A model generated the notes under the pieces. The model saw only the letters and a program-made list of their open reading frames with translations. It did not search any database and was not told the DNA's origin. Shown in pieces: positions 45,393 to 59,900 of a stretch of 64,000 nt of DNA. Source of the stretch: Auanema rhodensis (lineage: Eukaryota; Animalia; Nematoda); NCBI GenBank assembly GCA_964057225.1, contig OZ059895.1:8680001-8744000 (forward strand), in the 5' to 3' direction. Position 1 is the stretch's first letter. Every line of letters begins with the position of its first letter. A program made the position numbers and the translations under genes.

Positions 45393-46692
45393 ATGAATAA
45401 TTTTGTAACTTTGCCTCCGGAGTTGATAAGAAATATTTGCCTCAATTTATCCTTAAGCGATATTGAATCATTTTGCCATGTTCATCCTTTATTGCAAATT
45501 GTAATACCCAACGCCTTTTTTCGGGATTTGAAAAGACTTCATATTGATTGGAATGCACAAGGTAAATTTTTAAAAAATAACTTTCAATAAAACTAAAATT
45601 ACAGGTGCGACTCTAACCTTTTCGGGAAATTCTTTACAAAATGATTTCTCGATTACAACATCTACATACAACTGGGAAAACGTTATTGAATGCTCGAATT
45701 ATGTAGAAGAAATTATCATTACCAAGACTGATGATGCTAAAGATTATCGTGTTCTTGACGTGTTATCAGCAAAATGTATTTTTTTTTATTTTTCCAACAA
45801 AACTTTTTTGTTTTGTTTCAGGCTATACGTTGAAAACTCTTGAAATTCGTTTTCGACCAGGAAAAAGATCTGTTAGCAAGCACACTATCAATTATATGTT
45901 TGGGGTTAGTTAGAGATGAATCCTTTGAAGATGATAAAAATTTTTAAATTTTTCAGAGGATAACTTCATTCGTTGGTCAACACCGTAATAATCTTACTCG
46001 TTTTCGGTTAGAAACAAATGCCGAAAACTATGTTGAGTTTGAAGCTAAACGTGAAGTAACGTTTCGATACAGTCAAGAATATGATATGACCATTTGCAAC
46101 CAATTGATTATTCCTCTGTTCAACTGTATGCTTAAAGGTTTTGCTTTTCTTTTTTGCTAATTACTAAATTTTGCATTTTCTAGATAGGAAAGGAATGTCA
46201 AGTGTTACCCTTCAAGTAGATTGCAAATCACGAGCTGCCCTCGCTTTACAAACTGCATTCCAAGCTGCTTTACCATTTGAGCATAGAATTAAAGTTCAAG
46301 TTCTTAGATTGGGTTCGTTAACTATATTACTTTGTAATATATATAATTATCTTATATTTCTTTAGAATTTGGCAACTGCGTTAGCAAGCTATCTGACCTG
46401 GAAATGCATCGTATACTCGTTGCGTATGCCCCATATCTGAACTCAACTAGGAACCTTCAACATCTGATCTGTGATCTAAGCAATAGTTTGGTGAGTTTTC
46501 TAAAAATTCTTATCACGAAATATATATTTTCGTTTTTAGCTTGATCCATCTAGCTTAGAAAAGCTATATAGTGTGATATCTGAGGAGCTTTGTAATGATC
46601 AACATCGTATTTCTATCATCACATCATCTGAGCATTTAAATCTGTGTGATAATAATCGAAGTAAATGGTCAAAGCATGTGCTTGTTTCATAA
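45393..46692 (+). CDS. F-box protein, multi-exon
   Basis: N-terminal FVTLPPELIRNICLNLSLSDIESF F-box motif, TTTTCAG just upstream, consecutive open exons to TAA at 46690-46692. Confidence 0.75.
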
Positions 46693-46965
46693 TTTTCGTA
46701 TTCAATTTGATCTTATATGAAGACAAGAATATTATGATATTGTATATAATGTATATATTTTTATATTTTTGAAATGTTTTACTTTGAAAAGTCTTATGAA
46801 GTATGGATCTCTAAGAATCTTTCTCTCTAATGCTCACGTGATATTCTTGTTGCCATCTCTAATAACGTTGTCAATTGGTGCTCTAGCTCAAGATTAAACC
46901 AGTTTTTTTTATTTTTTCAAAAAGACAATAAATAGTTTAAATTAATCGTATAAATTAAATATGAA

Positions 46966-47609
46966 TTATGCGTCAGCCAAAGCTTGGAGAATTTTCATCA
47001 ATGGTACGCTGGCTTCTTCAAGCATCTTGCCGATTCCTCCATATTCACCGACACGAGAGCGGAAAGCATCATTGGTTGAAGGAAGGATAGCGCTAGTAAC
47101 AGATACTAAGATTACAACTTTTTCTATTTAACTTACTTCAAAGCCTTCAGTGAGCTGACAAGTCGAAGAGCTTGGAAGCTGCTTAGTCTTTGAACAGCAT
47201 CACTAGGCAAACTACTGATCATCTGATTAATTTTATAAATAAGAGCATCTATAATTTATTTATAATTATTAGAAAGTATAGGTATTATACTCACATTGAG
47301 CTTGAATATCCTTATCAGTCATCTCATAGTTGTAAAGAATAAGTAAACCGCTTTTCAAGTTTTCAAGTTGAGTATTCATAACAGGAAATTTGGCCTATAC
47401 AAACAAGTTTCTATTATGATTTTGAATATAAATATACTTGAAATTGGGTCATAATTCTATGACAATGTCTTAAAGTAATGTTTAGCAAGCTAACAGATTG
47501 TCCAGAAGTTATCTATATAGAAATTAATATTTTAATTATTAAAATTCAGGCAAGTTACCGTAACTGTGGCTGTACAGATAAGAGCAATGAGTAAAACCTT
47601 TCCAATCAT
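46966..47609 (-). CDS. Small putative secreted protein of unknown family, about 5 exons
   Basis: Signal-peptide-like MIGKVLLIALICTATVT; GT-AG introns join open exons ending MKILQALADA*; TATA-like element upstream on the minus strand near 47680. Confidence 0.6.
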
Positions 47610-47966
47610 TTTCCTAAAAATTAAATGTTTAAATTGAAAAAATAGGTTTGTGACTAAACTCTATGCTAGCTTCTTCTTATATATAAAGATTTAAACTATT
47701 TGTATATTCATATTCATATTTTAATCCAATTTTAATGTAAATTATTTATCATAAAATTGAAAAAACAAACTGTGAAATACAGATAATTTCATGTTAAGTT
47801 CAAAGTATTTTATTCAAATGTGTTGTTTATTTGGTTATATTAAACATATAATCTACTTAATTTTGAATAGTTAGTAAAGATTAATCTTGTTTTTTATTTA
47901 TTTTTATTCTACTCTTGATAAAATAGAATGATGATAATGATGATTATCTCTACTTCCTGGGTATTG

Positions 47967-47969
47967 TCT

Positions 47970-48023
<54 letters not shown>

Positions 48024-48030
48024 CTCTCTC
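47967..48030. repeat. (CT)n microsatellite
   Basis: Directly visible. Confidence 0.95.
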
Positions 48031-48634
48031 TTAGTCTTTACTCTTAAAACTTGCTACTGTTTCTTTGATAACAAAAATTATTTTGATATTTCTTTTCAAA
48101 TCAAATTTTCGTAAATATTGAATTGTGTAGTACTATGAAAACTTTATTATTACATTCATATATCATCAATTATTATTTTTGGTTGTTTTTGTTTTTTTTT
48201 CAGTTTGTTTACAAAATAAAAATACATTTGTAAACTTTTTTTTATTAAAATATTTATATATTGAATAATATATATATAAGCTGTTTAATATTATACCATT
48301 TGCCTTATACTTATCACGAGTTTTAAAGCTTAAAATTAAAAAAAAAAGTGTTGATCTTTAACATGCATCATCACGTAAAATTTGAAATAAAATTATCAAA
48401 GTGTAACAATCATTGTAATCATTTTGTGTTTAAGACTGTCTTATCAAATAACTGATTTTAAAAGATGAACTTATATTTATGAAATTCGAAAGCAAACATT
48501 TATGAAAGGGGGGGAGGGGTCCAATCTCTTGAATAATTATTTCAAAAACTATGTCATATAAAGGGCAAATAATATGAAATTAAACATTAAAACAGAAGAA
48601 ATTTCAAAAAAAGTAATATATATATATTCTAAAA

Positions 48635-51600
48635 TTATATAATTGTACACGTTTTACTTCCATTATCAGATAAAAAATTTGATTTTTTAGCATAAGCTGG
48701 AGGAGGTTCATTCGTTCGTAAATATGATTGTCTTGCTTGTAACTCCAATAATTTGTCCTTCAATAATTCTATTTGAAAAAGATAAAATATTTATATTTTA
48801 CTTGTAAAAGAGCCATTTGATCTTGTTGTCCTTGAAATGTTGATGATTGTTGTTTGATAGCGTTTCTTAAATTATCAATTTCCTTCATTAAAGTTGAGTC
48901 ACTCATTTGACTAAAAAGAAAAATATAAAAAAGCTAAAGTTGAAGATAAAATTACATTTTGACTTCATTTGTATTGGCAGAAGAATTATTAGAACTTTCA
49001 CTTTTTCTCTTAAAATATTAAAAATTAAATATAAAAACTTAAAATATTTATAAAATACTTTACTAGCATTTAATGGTATAATCTCAGCATTATTATATTC
49101 ATTACGTAACCATGTGCTAACCATTGTTTCATCTTTTGGTGTTGTACATGAATTATCCGTTGAATGATATTCAAAGCTTAAAGAATATTATAAAACATAA
49201 TATAAACAACAACAAACAAGTAAACAAACAAACAAACTTTTTAGTTGTAGATGAATCAATTATAACAAAAACTTTTGTTCCACCTCTTACTATCATTGCT
49301 AATCGTATACTATATTCAGATCCACTACTATCTAATCTAAATATATATTTATATAAATTTATTTTTTCTTATTAATTACTATACCTAAGTATTAAAGCTG
49401 GCTGTGGAACTATATGTTCAACAGCTGGAATTTTATCCTTCTTTTTGACTCCCCAACGTGATACTGGCTTTTCCTCATTTGCTCTATAAATTTATTAATT
49501 TTTTAAAAGAAATATGAATTATTTTTGAAAAATACATTCTCTGTACTACAGTTACATCTCTTGTATCTTCCAAATTTTCTAGTACAGCTGTTGCCGATGA
49601 TGATGCTATACCCTTTGATCCCCAAAAATATAATTCACTTTCAGTTGTTCCAACTAAGCAATAACCTTCTCCACAAAGAGCCATCTATAGTTGAATATAT
49701 ATCTATATCTATGAAGTTATATCATTTAAAACTAACTGAACAAGGTTTAGATAATAATGATTTTACAGGGCGCATATGTCCAAATGGTACAGGATCCGTA
49801 TGAGATAATCCTAATTCACCATGTATGTTACATCCAAAGTAGAATACTTGACCAGATTCAAGTAAAACTAAATTATATATTATATATTAAAATATAAAAT
49901 TATAATTATAATTATGCATTAATGTACCTCCTATATTATTTTTTCCTACGTCCACATCTATAGCTCGAGCAGGAAATGATTTACTGATCGTTGGAACAAG
50001 AAATATATCAGAACTTATCTTAATATTTATTTTAATATTTATTATAATTTAATTAATATAAAATTACTTTTTCTTCTTTTGAAAAGAAACTTGTTCGAGA
50101 AGCTAGATTAAGCTTATTATATTTATTATTACCCATTGCTATAAGATTTCCAGCTTCAGTTAATAAAACTGTTGCATCTATTCCACAACGGACAGTTATT
50201 ATTTTGCCAACAGATGTTGGTACATCAATCTAAACAACAACAATCTTCTTTCATTTTTTCATTTTTTTTGTTAACTTTAATTGGTTCTAACACTAATTTA
50301 GTTTCTCCTGTTCCCAATCGCCCATCATCACCATTTCCCCATACGTAACATTCACCATTTTCTGTTAAAGCTACACAATGCTCAGGTCCACATGCTATTT
50401 CAGTTACATGTACCCTGATTTTCATTCATAGTATTATATATGGAGATCTCAATATTACCTTAACAATCCATTAACTAAGGAAGGGCGTAGCACATCATCT
50501 GTGCCTTTACCCAATCCTACTAGTCGTCGAACGCCCCAAGAAAGTACAGCTCCACGATCGCAACAGATAACACTGCAACATGGACAAATCAATCTTTCTG
50601 AATGTTTAATGAATATTTTACCTAAAGTTATTGCCAACAGCTACGGAATGAACATCTCGACCACGTAAAGCTTCCACTAAAGTTGGAACATTTCTGAAAA
50701 AAAAAGAAAAATTGGAAAGAAACAAGATAAAGCTTACTGATCAATTCTATCACCCGTACCAAGTTGACCTTTATTGTTTGATCCCCAAGCAAATACTTGA
50801 TTGTTATACGTGAGAATAAGTTGATGAGTTTCACTTACAGCTATCTGAATTGAAATTTTCAAATTATCGAAAGAAACTGTTGTATTCTCACTTGCTGAAT
50901 AGAAATTTTTTCGGGAACATTAGCTACAGGTGCAAGAGATATGCTATTAGCATCAAAAGCATATAAAGTTGAAACAAATGTTGAAATTGGACGAAATGTT
51001 GGTAATCTTTGAACATTAACACTTGGTCTCAACATCTATATATGTTTTTTTTTAATTTTAAAAGATTGATTTAACAATAACCGTTAACGCATCAGCAGAA
51101 GTAGGCCTATTTTCTGGAATTCGTTGTAAAAGTTCTCGAACAAGTAGCTTAATTTGAGATGAATATGGTCCTCTTATAGGTTCGTACATACACTTAAATA
51201 TATTTGTATTATTATTATTTATAAAAATAACATACATTCATTATTTTATTTACAAGAACTGGTAGATTATCTCCTTCAAAAGCTTTTTGAAGACATGTCA
51301 TTTCATATAAGATACATCCCAAAGCCCACATATCACTTTTCTGATTATATGGTTCACCACAACACTTAAATAATAAATTTAAAAAAAAGATAATTAAATG
51401 AAAATGAAAAACCATTTCAGGACTTATATAGTATGGAGTACCAACAACTGTTTTAGCTCCTTGTACTATAGTATCCGTTCCCATGATTTTACTAATTCCA
51501 AAATCTCCAACTTTGACAAAACCATCTTTCGTCAAAAATATATTTGCAGTTTTTAAATCACTAAAATAATATATTATTAATGAATAAATTAAATCAAATT

Positions 51601-53550
51601 ACCGATGTAAAACACTATTTTCATGTAAATATGAAACAGCTGATAACATTTGAACCATTAAATCTGTTACAATATCTTCACTTAAAAATGATTGACATTT
51701 AGCCAAATATTGAGATAATGTTCTAAAATTATAAAATAATTTTTAATTTTCTGAGAATTAAAGAGAAAGATCTAACCCTCCATCTGCATATTCCATTTCA
51801 ATCATTAAAATGCCTTCCTCTTCAAATGAATCATAATAGGAAATAATATTTGGATGATCTATCCGTGATAATAAACATACCTAAATTATAATTTATATAT
51901 TAATTATAATTTATTTTTATTAAAAATATAAAAATTACTTCATTTAAAGCTAATTGTCGTTGATTACTATCTAAATCATACATGCTGATCTCTTTTACTA
52001 TAACTAATGAACCATCATCACGTTTTTTATATAAAACAGCAGAACCAAAAGCGCCTAAATAGATTAACAAAATACAATTATTATAATTATATATATAATA
52101 TAATTTAAAAATTAAATATTATACCTTTTCCAACAGTTTTGATTCGTTCATAACGAGATGCTGCTGTTGCAACTCTACTCATATCGTTAGATTTTGGTTG
52201 TAAACAATTGAAATTTAGATATGTTTCCAGAATTTTTCTGCAGAAAAAGGTTTAAGAAATGATATTGGCTGAATGAAAAACATAATTATGAAAATAATAC
52301 AAGTTTTCTTGATATTGAATACTATTTTAAGAATAGTACAGCTTTATGAACTTTTTCAAGTGATTCTTGATTTTTCATAATAGAATATATGAAGAAAAAC
52401 ATGTAAAGATTTTAAAGATATAATATTAAATATAAAAATATTGATATACCTTTTATATGAGGGTAGTTCAGGAGATAAATATTTGCAAATAAAACGAATT
52501 GATATCTAAAAAAATGAGAAAAATTAGTTAAAAAATAGAATAAAACTGTATTCATTTCTTACTTTTTCATTACAATTATAGGGAATATGTGAACAAATTG
52601 TATGAAAGATGTTAACTTTCTAACAAAATATTTCTAGACTAATGATGGAAGTAGGAAGCCCTAACACTGACTTTGGAGATAAAGAGAAGCAGAAGTACTC
52701 TGCTGTACGGCTGGCATGGAAACGAGAATGCTCAGGTTAGATAATGAATAAGAAAAGGAAAAAGAAAACAAAGAATAAAAAAGAATATATAGATATATAT
52801 ATATATATTCTGGTTAATTATAAAATATGAAGAAAAAGAAAAAATTATGGTATAAATGGAGTTTTTTAGTTTTCAAATATTAAATTTCCTCTTACTCTTT
52901 TCTTTGTTAAGCTTTGAAATGCTGTTACAATCTCTTCTTGATCCCGAATTGAATTTGTATTTATTAGAAAATCAATAAAAGCACCATCATTTAATTTATT
53001 CTGAATAAACTTATTAAAATAATTTCTTTTTTGAATTTCTTTATACTATAAGAAGCCATAGAAAAAATTTTCTTATAGATGAATTCTCTCTTCTCAATGA
53101 ATTCTTTGTTATAGTCTTAAAATAATTAAATGTAAATTCATAGATATGATATGATTATACTTCTGTCACAGTTGAACAGAGACGTAAACCGGCACGTTCT
53201 CCATAGATATGTAAACCAAAATATTTTATATTAGTTGAAGATACAGAGTTTATTTGTTCTAAAAATAGATCAATTATATTATTTTCATACGTAATTCTAT
53301 AAATATATGCTATATGATATATGATATATACTATATATTATATGTTATAATCGTAAAAACATATTAAAAACAAATGTGTTCTCGTTATATTTTCTTTTTT
53401 TTTTCAAAATTTAGAAAAAAACATTTATTAATTACCTTTGATATCATTCAATTTTGAATTATTAAAATTATAATAGATTAAAGTACAGTTTGGTTGCTTT
53501 GCTTCACGTATATCACGACATTCTGAATGGCATATAAGGACTATACTCAT
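48635..53550 (-). CDS. nekl-1: NEK8/9-like kinase with N-terminal extension, RCC1 repeats, coiled coil and C-terminal CaaX; multi-exon
   Basis: MSIVLICHSECRD..., YERIKTVGKGAFGSAVLYKKRDD, HRDLKTANIF, DFGISKIMGT, RCC1 CGPEH...VWGNGDDGRLG; ends SKTCTII*. Confidence 0.9.
52710..52723. promoter_or_regulatory. Candidate RFX/DAF-19 X-box in a nekl-1 intron
   Basis: GCTGGCATGGAAAC (one perfect half-site) in a GC-richer island of an AT-rich intron, about 530 nt upstream of the internal ATG at 52182. Confidence 0.35.
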
Positions 53551-53748
53551 ACTATATCAATAGTCAATATCAAAATTAGATCTGAGAATAAGCAGTATTT
53601 CTTCAAGATATATGTTGCTAAAATTAAAAATTAATTATTATCCGTTAAATTATGGAAATATAATCAATTTTCTATCACATATTATACAATATAGGCATGT
53701 GTATACATGTAAATCTAAAAGAAAACGAGTACAACCAGCCTGACACAT

Positions 53749-53763
53749 GTATCCCGTAGCAAC
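53749..53763. promoter_or_regulatory. Candidate RFX/DAF-19 X-box upstream of nekl-1
   Basis: GTTGCTACGGGATAC on the minus strand, about 200 nt upstream of the ATG at 53550. Confidence 0.45.
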
Positions 53764-53947
53764 GAAATTGAAAAAGGGGCTCAATTGAATAATATTGTAG
53801 AAAAAAAAGAAGAAAATCGATCTCAACTATGAGATTGTAATGATTGAAATAGTAAGAATTGCCAGAATAAAACAAAATGCAGTTGTTTATTAATACATAA
53901 TGAAGTATAACATTATACAAAATGATACGATAATATAAATTTACATT

Positions 53948-56900
53948 TCATGCCATAATTTTTTTATAAACTAAATTGGTAAGCTCATGAATTATCTCTT
54001 TACCAGTAGTTCCTTTTATTTGAGGTTTTACTGCGACTAAATCTTTTAGTCGATCCAATGATTCTAATGTGCCTTTGGCTGATATCATAAAACGGCCTGC
54101 AATATTATTAATGATTATCAAACTTTAATTTAAAATATATTCATTTACATGCTTTATTATCTGATGATAGCAAACTCCTCAATGCAACATCCACAACTCC
54201 AGATTTCTGTTTCAACTTCCGTACTCCCATATCAATATCAATTTGCGACAATCGGTCTAATTATCAAAGTAACTTATTCGATGAGTAGCCTTTAACTAAC
54301 CAGGAAGTTGAATACAAAAAGGCTCACATTCTCTTATAACAGCATTATCTCGCTTTGGATCAGTGGACAACGGCAATTCTTCTAACCGTAAATTAAAAAC
54401 CATATTATAATATGTTTTTCGAGCAGCCTATAAAAGAAAATTTACCCATCTTCATCGTTTAAACCAACTTTGTGGAATGATCGCCATTCTCCTCGCATAA
54501 AGCAGGATTGGTATCCCAGCACATCAAAACTTAAGTTTTCCAATTGTGAAAATTTTCTTGAAGCCAGATATTCGAAGAACGCAACAATTAGAATGGAACT
54601 TGTAGTGATCGGTTCCCTCATACTTTCCTTTTCAATAATTTCTTCTAATGACATGTCCTTTGGGATCTAATGAAAATAATATATTTTTTAAATTTAAATT
54701 TAAAATAATTACTTCTATGAATGCTTTCTTTGCATCACCTTTCAATGAAGCTAAAATACCTGTTGCATGAAGTATAAACAATAAACAAAAATGTTGCTCT
54801 TGAAACTTTTCAGTAAAAAGTGAACAGAGTCTTGCCCATTCACAAACGATAAATAAGATATTTTCTAACCCTATAAATTAAATTATTATTTTCGAAGAAA
54901 AAGAAAAGAATCAAAAATAGTTTACCGAGATAAATTGCGCAATATTTCTTAACAATTAAAGTTGTAGAAGGATTAAAACTTTGAAATGAAATGAAATGAT
55001 TATATCTGCCATTGTTTTCACTAATATAAGTATTATTATGCTTTTCTAGCATCTGAAATAATTTAAAATTAAAAATCAACTATGGAAAACAAACCGAAAT
55101 TAAAGGATGAGATGAAGTAATGAAATCTTTGTGATTAAAACTTTCAGCTTGACGGACTTCGGCAAGAACATCATAGGCTAGCCAAGCAAATGAAAGTTTT
55201 TTCTCTTTAGTTGCTGATGCTCTTTCTATATATAAATATATTTTTCCCAAGTAATTTTCTAATATGTACCATAGCAAACTCTATAGTAAGCAACAGCTTT
55301 TTGCTTCATATTTAATGTAGGATTTTTACAATCTCTATGAAATATATTTTCTTCGTCAGCAAATTGTTTTTCCACTTTTTCTGTACATTCTCTCCACCCT
55401 CCAAAATGTTCGAAGAAATCTTCTCGGAATTTGCGGAAAATACTAGTGATTTTTGACTCTATGAGCAAATTTGTATTGAAAAAACTCATGTCATCTTGAT
55501 CCTACAATCAGTAAAACATATTCTCATCAAAAATAATATATCTTGCCTTATCCGATATTCTGTTTCTCATCTCACAAATATAACCTGAGAAAGCTTCTGC
55601 TTCAGTTTGTATACCATAATTCTCCATAACTGTCTGAAATACCCAGAAATTCAGAAAATGACTGAGAATATTGACAAACTCTTAACAAATTATTGTATTT
55701 GCTATGTTCTTGTAAAGCGAAATCTCTGTAAACCTCCCATCCATCAACATAAATACGCTCATCAATCTGAATTTAAAGAGTTGAAATCTAAAATTTAAAT
55801 ACACACCTTAATACTAAGCTGATCGTCACGATCTTCTGAAATACGAAGAACATCTTCTATTGATTTTATATCGCTAAATTTCAAATATTCAAATGTTTTC
55901 TAGAAGTATTCCAACCGGTAGAGTTGACCTATGAGTCTTGGACACACATAAACAGGCTTGTTTCCATTTTCAGACACATGATAATCAGGTATGATATCAG
56001 CAGACTCGGGTGGAATATCCTCCTTTGTTATTTCATCTAAAAATTTATCAAAACATAATATTTTGCAATCTAATACTCACCTTTTTCCCATGTTTTTGTT
56101 AAAGGCTCGGGAGCTTTACCCGATTTTGTGAAATCAACAGCTAAAGATATTTTTTTTGCTAATCTGATGCAAACCTGAGAGAGAAAAGCTTCATTTTGTT
56201 ATTATTAATAAAACTGAAAAATCACTTAAAACTCACTGTGGAATTTATTCCATATAGAACTGATTGATGAAGAAAATTATTTGATATAACACCAACAGAA
56301 TCTTGTAGCATATAATTCAAATAAAACTCTACCATCTTTTCGTTCTATAATTATTTTGTTTTTTTTATTTATTATAAAAACTTAAAAACCAATGTATTTT
56401 CATCGAGTGTCTCAATACGTTTACTGTCAGGAGTATAGTTGAAGGCTGGTTCGTTTCTATCCAAGAGCAAATCGGGATCCCATATAACACTGTATTCATC
56501 ACCGTCCAAATCAGATCCTATGAATAGTACAAGAGAACTATTATCAAAAAAAAGATGAAACATACCAGCCATTTCATCAGGATGAGGACGTGCTCCATGC
56601 TGTGGAAACACTACAACATCAACAAGATGGTGAAGTTGAGGTATATCAATAGCATCAAATACTCGAACATCTCCAGCAACATTACAAGGATTTTTAGTGA
56701 TGAGCACCTTTCCTGAATTTGAACAATTAGATAAGAACATCAAGATCTCATCGTACCAGTTAGAACTTTCTTTGGTGCATTAACAGCAGGGAATTTGTCT
56801 TGTAGATTCTTAGTGAATTGAACAAAAATCTAAAAACTCTTAATAAAAAGAATATGGTACGCTCTTGTTTACTTGTCCATATTGAAGTCTACCAGTTTCA

Positions 56901-59900
56901 TCTATAATGCCTAACATTGATCGACCGAGTTCTGGTGGAATTTGTATTTGTTCTTTCCGTAATTGTTTAGCTGAAACATGTAAAATTGTAAAATTTATTA
57001 AAATATGAAAGAGACTTATTGCATATTTGGTTGCTGTTTTAACTAAAGCTCTGAAGAATGGCTCATCACAAAGAGTAAATCCAGCTCTTTGATGTAAACG
57101 ATCAATGTCAATTCTTTTAGGTAATTCCTAAGAAAAAGCTTAAGTTTTGATATTGTATCTCTACAAACTTTTAATTTAACACGACAATCATGTTCAAATA
57201 CAAGAGCAGAAGCAAAACTTCGAATCTGCTTATCCAACAAAAACTGAATTCTATCGATAATTCGTTTATGACTAGAAATTGATTGCATTTCAGAAACCTG
57301 GAGAAAAGCATTTTTAATTTCTTTTAATTGAAAGTTCTCGTTAGCACAAACCTGATCCAAAATATTGATAAAAGGTTTATTAAGAGCCACAGGAACCGGA
57401 GCTGAAGGTTTCACGATTTCAAGTGCAGACTCTGTTCCCGTAAATCTGAACAGAACCTTAAAAGTATTATGAACGAAAGCTACTGACTTGATCTGACTGT
57501 CTCGAACAACGCAATGAAGAGCCCAATTACGAATACCACCACAACTTTCCTGTTCAGTAACGTTAGAAATTGCATTATCAGCTGCCCACTTAGCCATCTC
57601 ATCCAAATAGGGATCTACAGCTACCACTCCTTTCATCCCTTTTAATCGAAACTATAAAAATAATAATATTCAAGAATAAAGGGAGTAATTACTTGAAAAC
57701 AACTAGGATGCCCTTCTGTACTTCCATTAAAATCTGTAGCGATTCGTTGTGCATATGATTTACTAATAACTCCAACACCATCACTGAAAGTATAAGGCGC
57801 CCTGAAATTCAAAGATAAAATTCAGTAAACTCATTGCCAAACTAACAGTGTTTCCGGTACACATCCACCAATGACATCAAATGTTTTAGCTAAAGCTTGT
57901 TTTTCTAACGGAATTTTAGTTTCCTAAATGATTATACTGTCAACTGATATTCGGGAAATTCAAACTTTGCTCTGAGTGAAACATTGTCCTAACCTGGCCA
58001 TATATTTAGGAACACTTTCAATATTTTCAAATCTGTAATATATAGACTTAAATAAGATTAGTAAGCTTTATGTTACCTTCCAAGAGAATTTCTTACTTGT
58101 TGGATATGCAGGCATAATGTTTCAGGAAATGTTGTAGTATTATTTTCCTGACAAATATAGCTATAAATTGGTTTTTTAAGTTTAAGTTTATACCTTAAGA
58201 TACTGTTTGATATCTTTTTTCCTATTTTTTAATAAAAAGTAAGCACCATTATCACGCATTTGGGAATTTGAACTACCAAGGTATCCAAAATCTCTTCCTA
58301 TAATACCGTATAAATCGCATGTCATAGTAGTTAGAATACCTGCTATTGTAACTCCTTTTAATAATTTAGTTCGAACAGTTTTTTCAATTAAAAGTTTCGA
58401 TGTTTTGTTTTGACGCATTTTTTGGTTATCATCGTCTCTTAAACTTTTATAATTATGTATATTATATATTTTTGTAATACCTGAACTGTATACGGAGTAC
58501 CTTTGTACCATCGGGATCAAAATTTCTTATAACACGATTTGACATAAGCATTTCAGGAACAACATATATAGTTCTTGTTGGTGTAAAGATTAACTAAAAA
58601 CGACAATCCATTACTTCAAGCTTTAAAGTTCGATGATACCTTTCTAACACGGTTATATCCTTCTTTCTTTTCCTGTACAGCTAAAGATTGTCCTTCAATT
58701 TGAGCTGCATAGCATTCATTGAACAAGTAAATTAAACACTAATACATAAGAATATAGCAAGAATTTTATAATTTTAACAAAAATTTTACCTTTGTAATGC
58801 TACCTACTCGTTTACGTTCATCAAGAAGAGTAACGAGTCTCTCCAATACAACTTCACACACCTAAACAATGAGATTAAGGGATTTTCAACAAAAATCTAA
58901 TATTACCTCAAAATTTCGATGTATAAGAACAGTTAAAACATTCAAAAAATGTAGCCAATGTGTTTCAACTAACCATAGCTGGTCTTTAACAACTGCTCCT
59001 CTATAAAGAATGAGATAATTATTTTGTTTTAAACATGAACTATACCTTGAAAGTAAGCATTCGATTAAATACCTAATTACAAAACTCTTCCTATTGTTTT
59101 CAAGTTGTTCTTCACGGGAAAAAAGATTATTTTTTGGAAAATTCTCAAAATATTTGAAAGTACAATTGTATTTTATTACGATAAATGTGAGTTTTAAAGA
59201 CTTACAAGCTGTAAAAAATTTTTGAAAACAGCTTCTTCCTCATGTAATGGATGTTCATTTTCCAACCAATTATAATAAGGAGTATGATGTCCGATAAAAC
59301 AATCTACCACTGGGATACTTGCAAATTCTATTGCTGTTAAACATCTCGTTCTTAAACGAGATATAATAGAATATAAAAAGTTCAGCTGAAATATAATTTT
59401 TAAATATTACTCCGGTTTAAGATATTTTTTACATTCATAGACATTCCAAATTCTAGAACGAAAAATGAGCTATCTGTTATGGCAGCATCTTTAGGATATT
59501 CATTAGGTAACCTTCCACGTTTGATTGTTGTTTTCCTATCATATCTCGGACTAGAGTGCTTTGAGTTCTTAAACATATTTGGAAATTGTGTTTTACGAAA
59601 GCAGCACCTTACAGTATTTTCTTCAGCTCGTTTGATAAATGGTGGACAATTCAATTCAAAATACATCCTTATTCTTTCTGATCCATGACAATCCGATACA
59701 TCATTATCAACGATAATACGACGAATAAAAGACCGTTGCACCTTAATAATAGAACTTTAATTCTATTTAAAGCATTATAACATACAACAATACGATAGCT
59801 AGCATTACGAGATGTATTTCTTCCAGGTTTACGATCTTAAAAATAGAAATAAAACTTTAAAATTACTTGGATGATTAACTCGTTTCCACAGTTTTAAATT

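Noticed and set aside
52321-53700. Apparent separate gene upstream of the nekl-1 kinase exons
   Set aside because: Exons splice in frame into the kinase exon and match the recalled NEKL-1 N-terminus, so it is the same gene.
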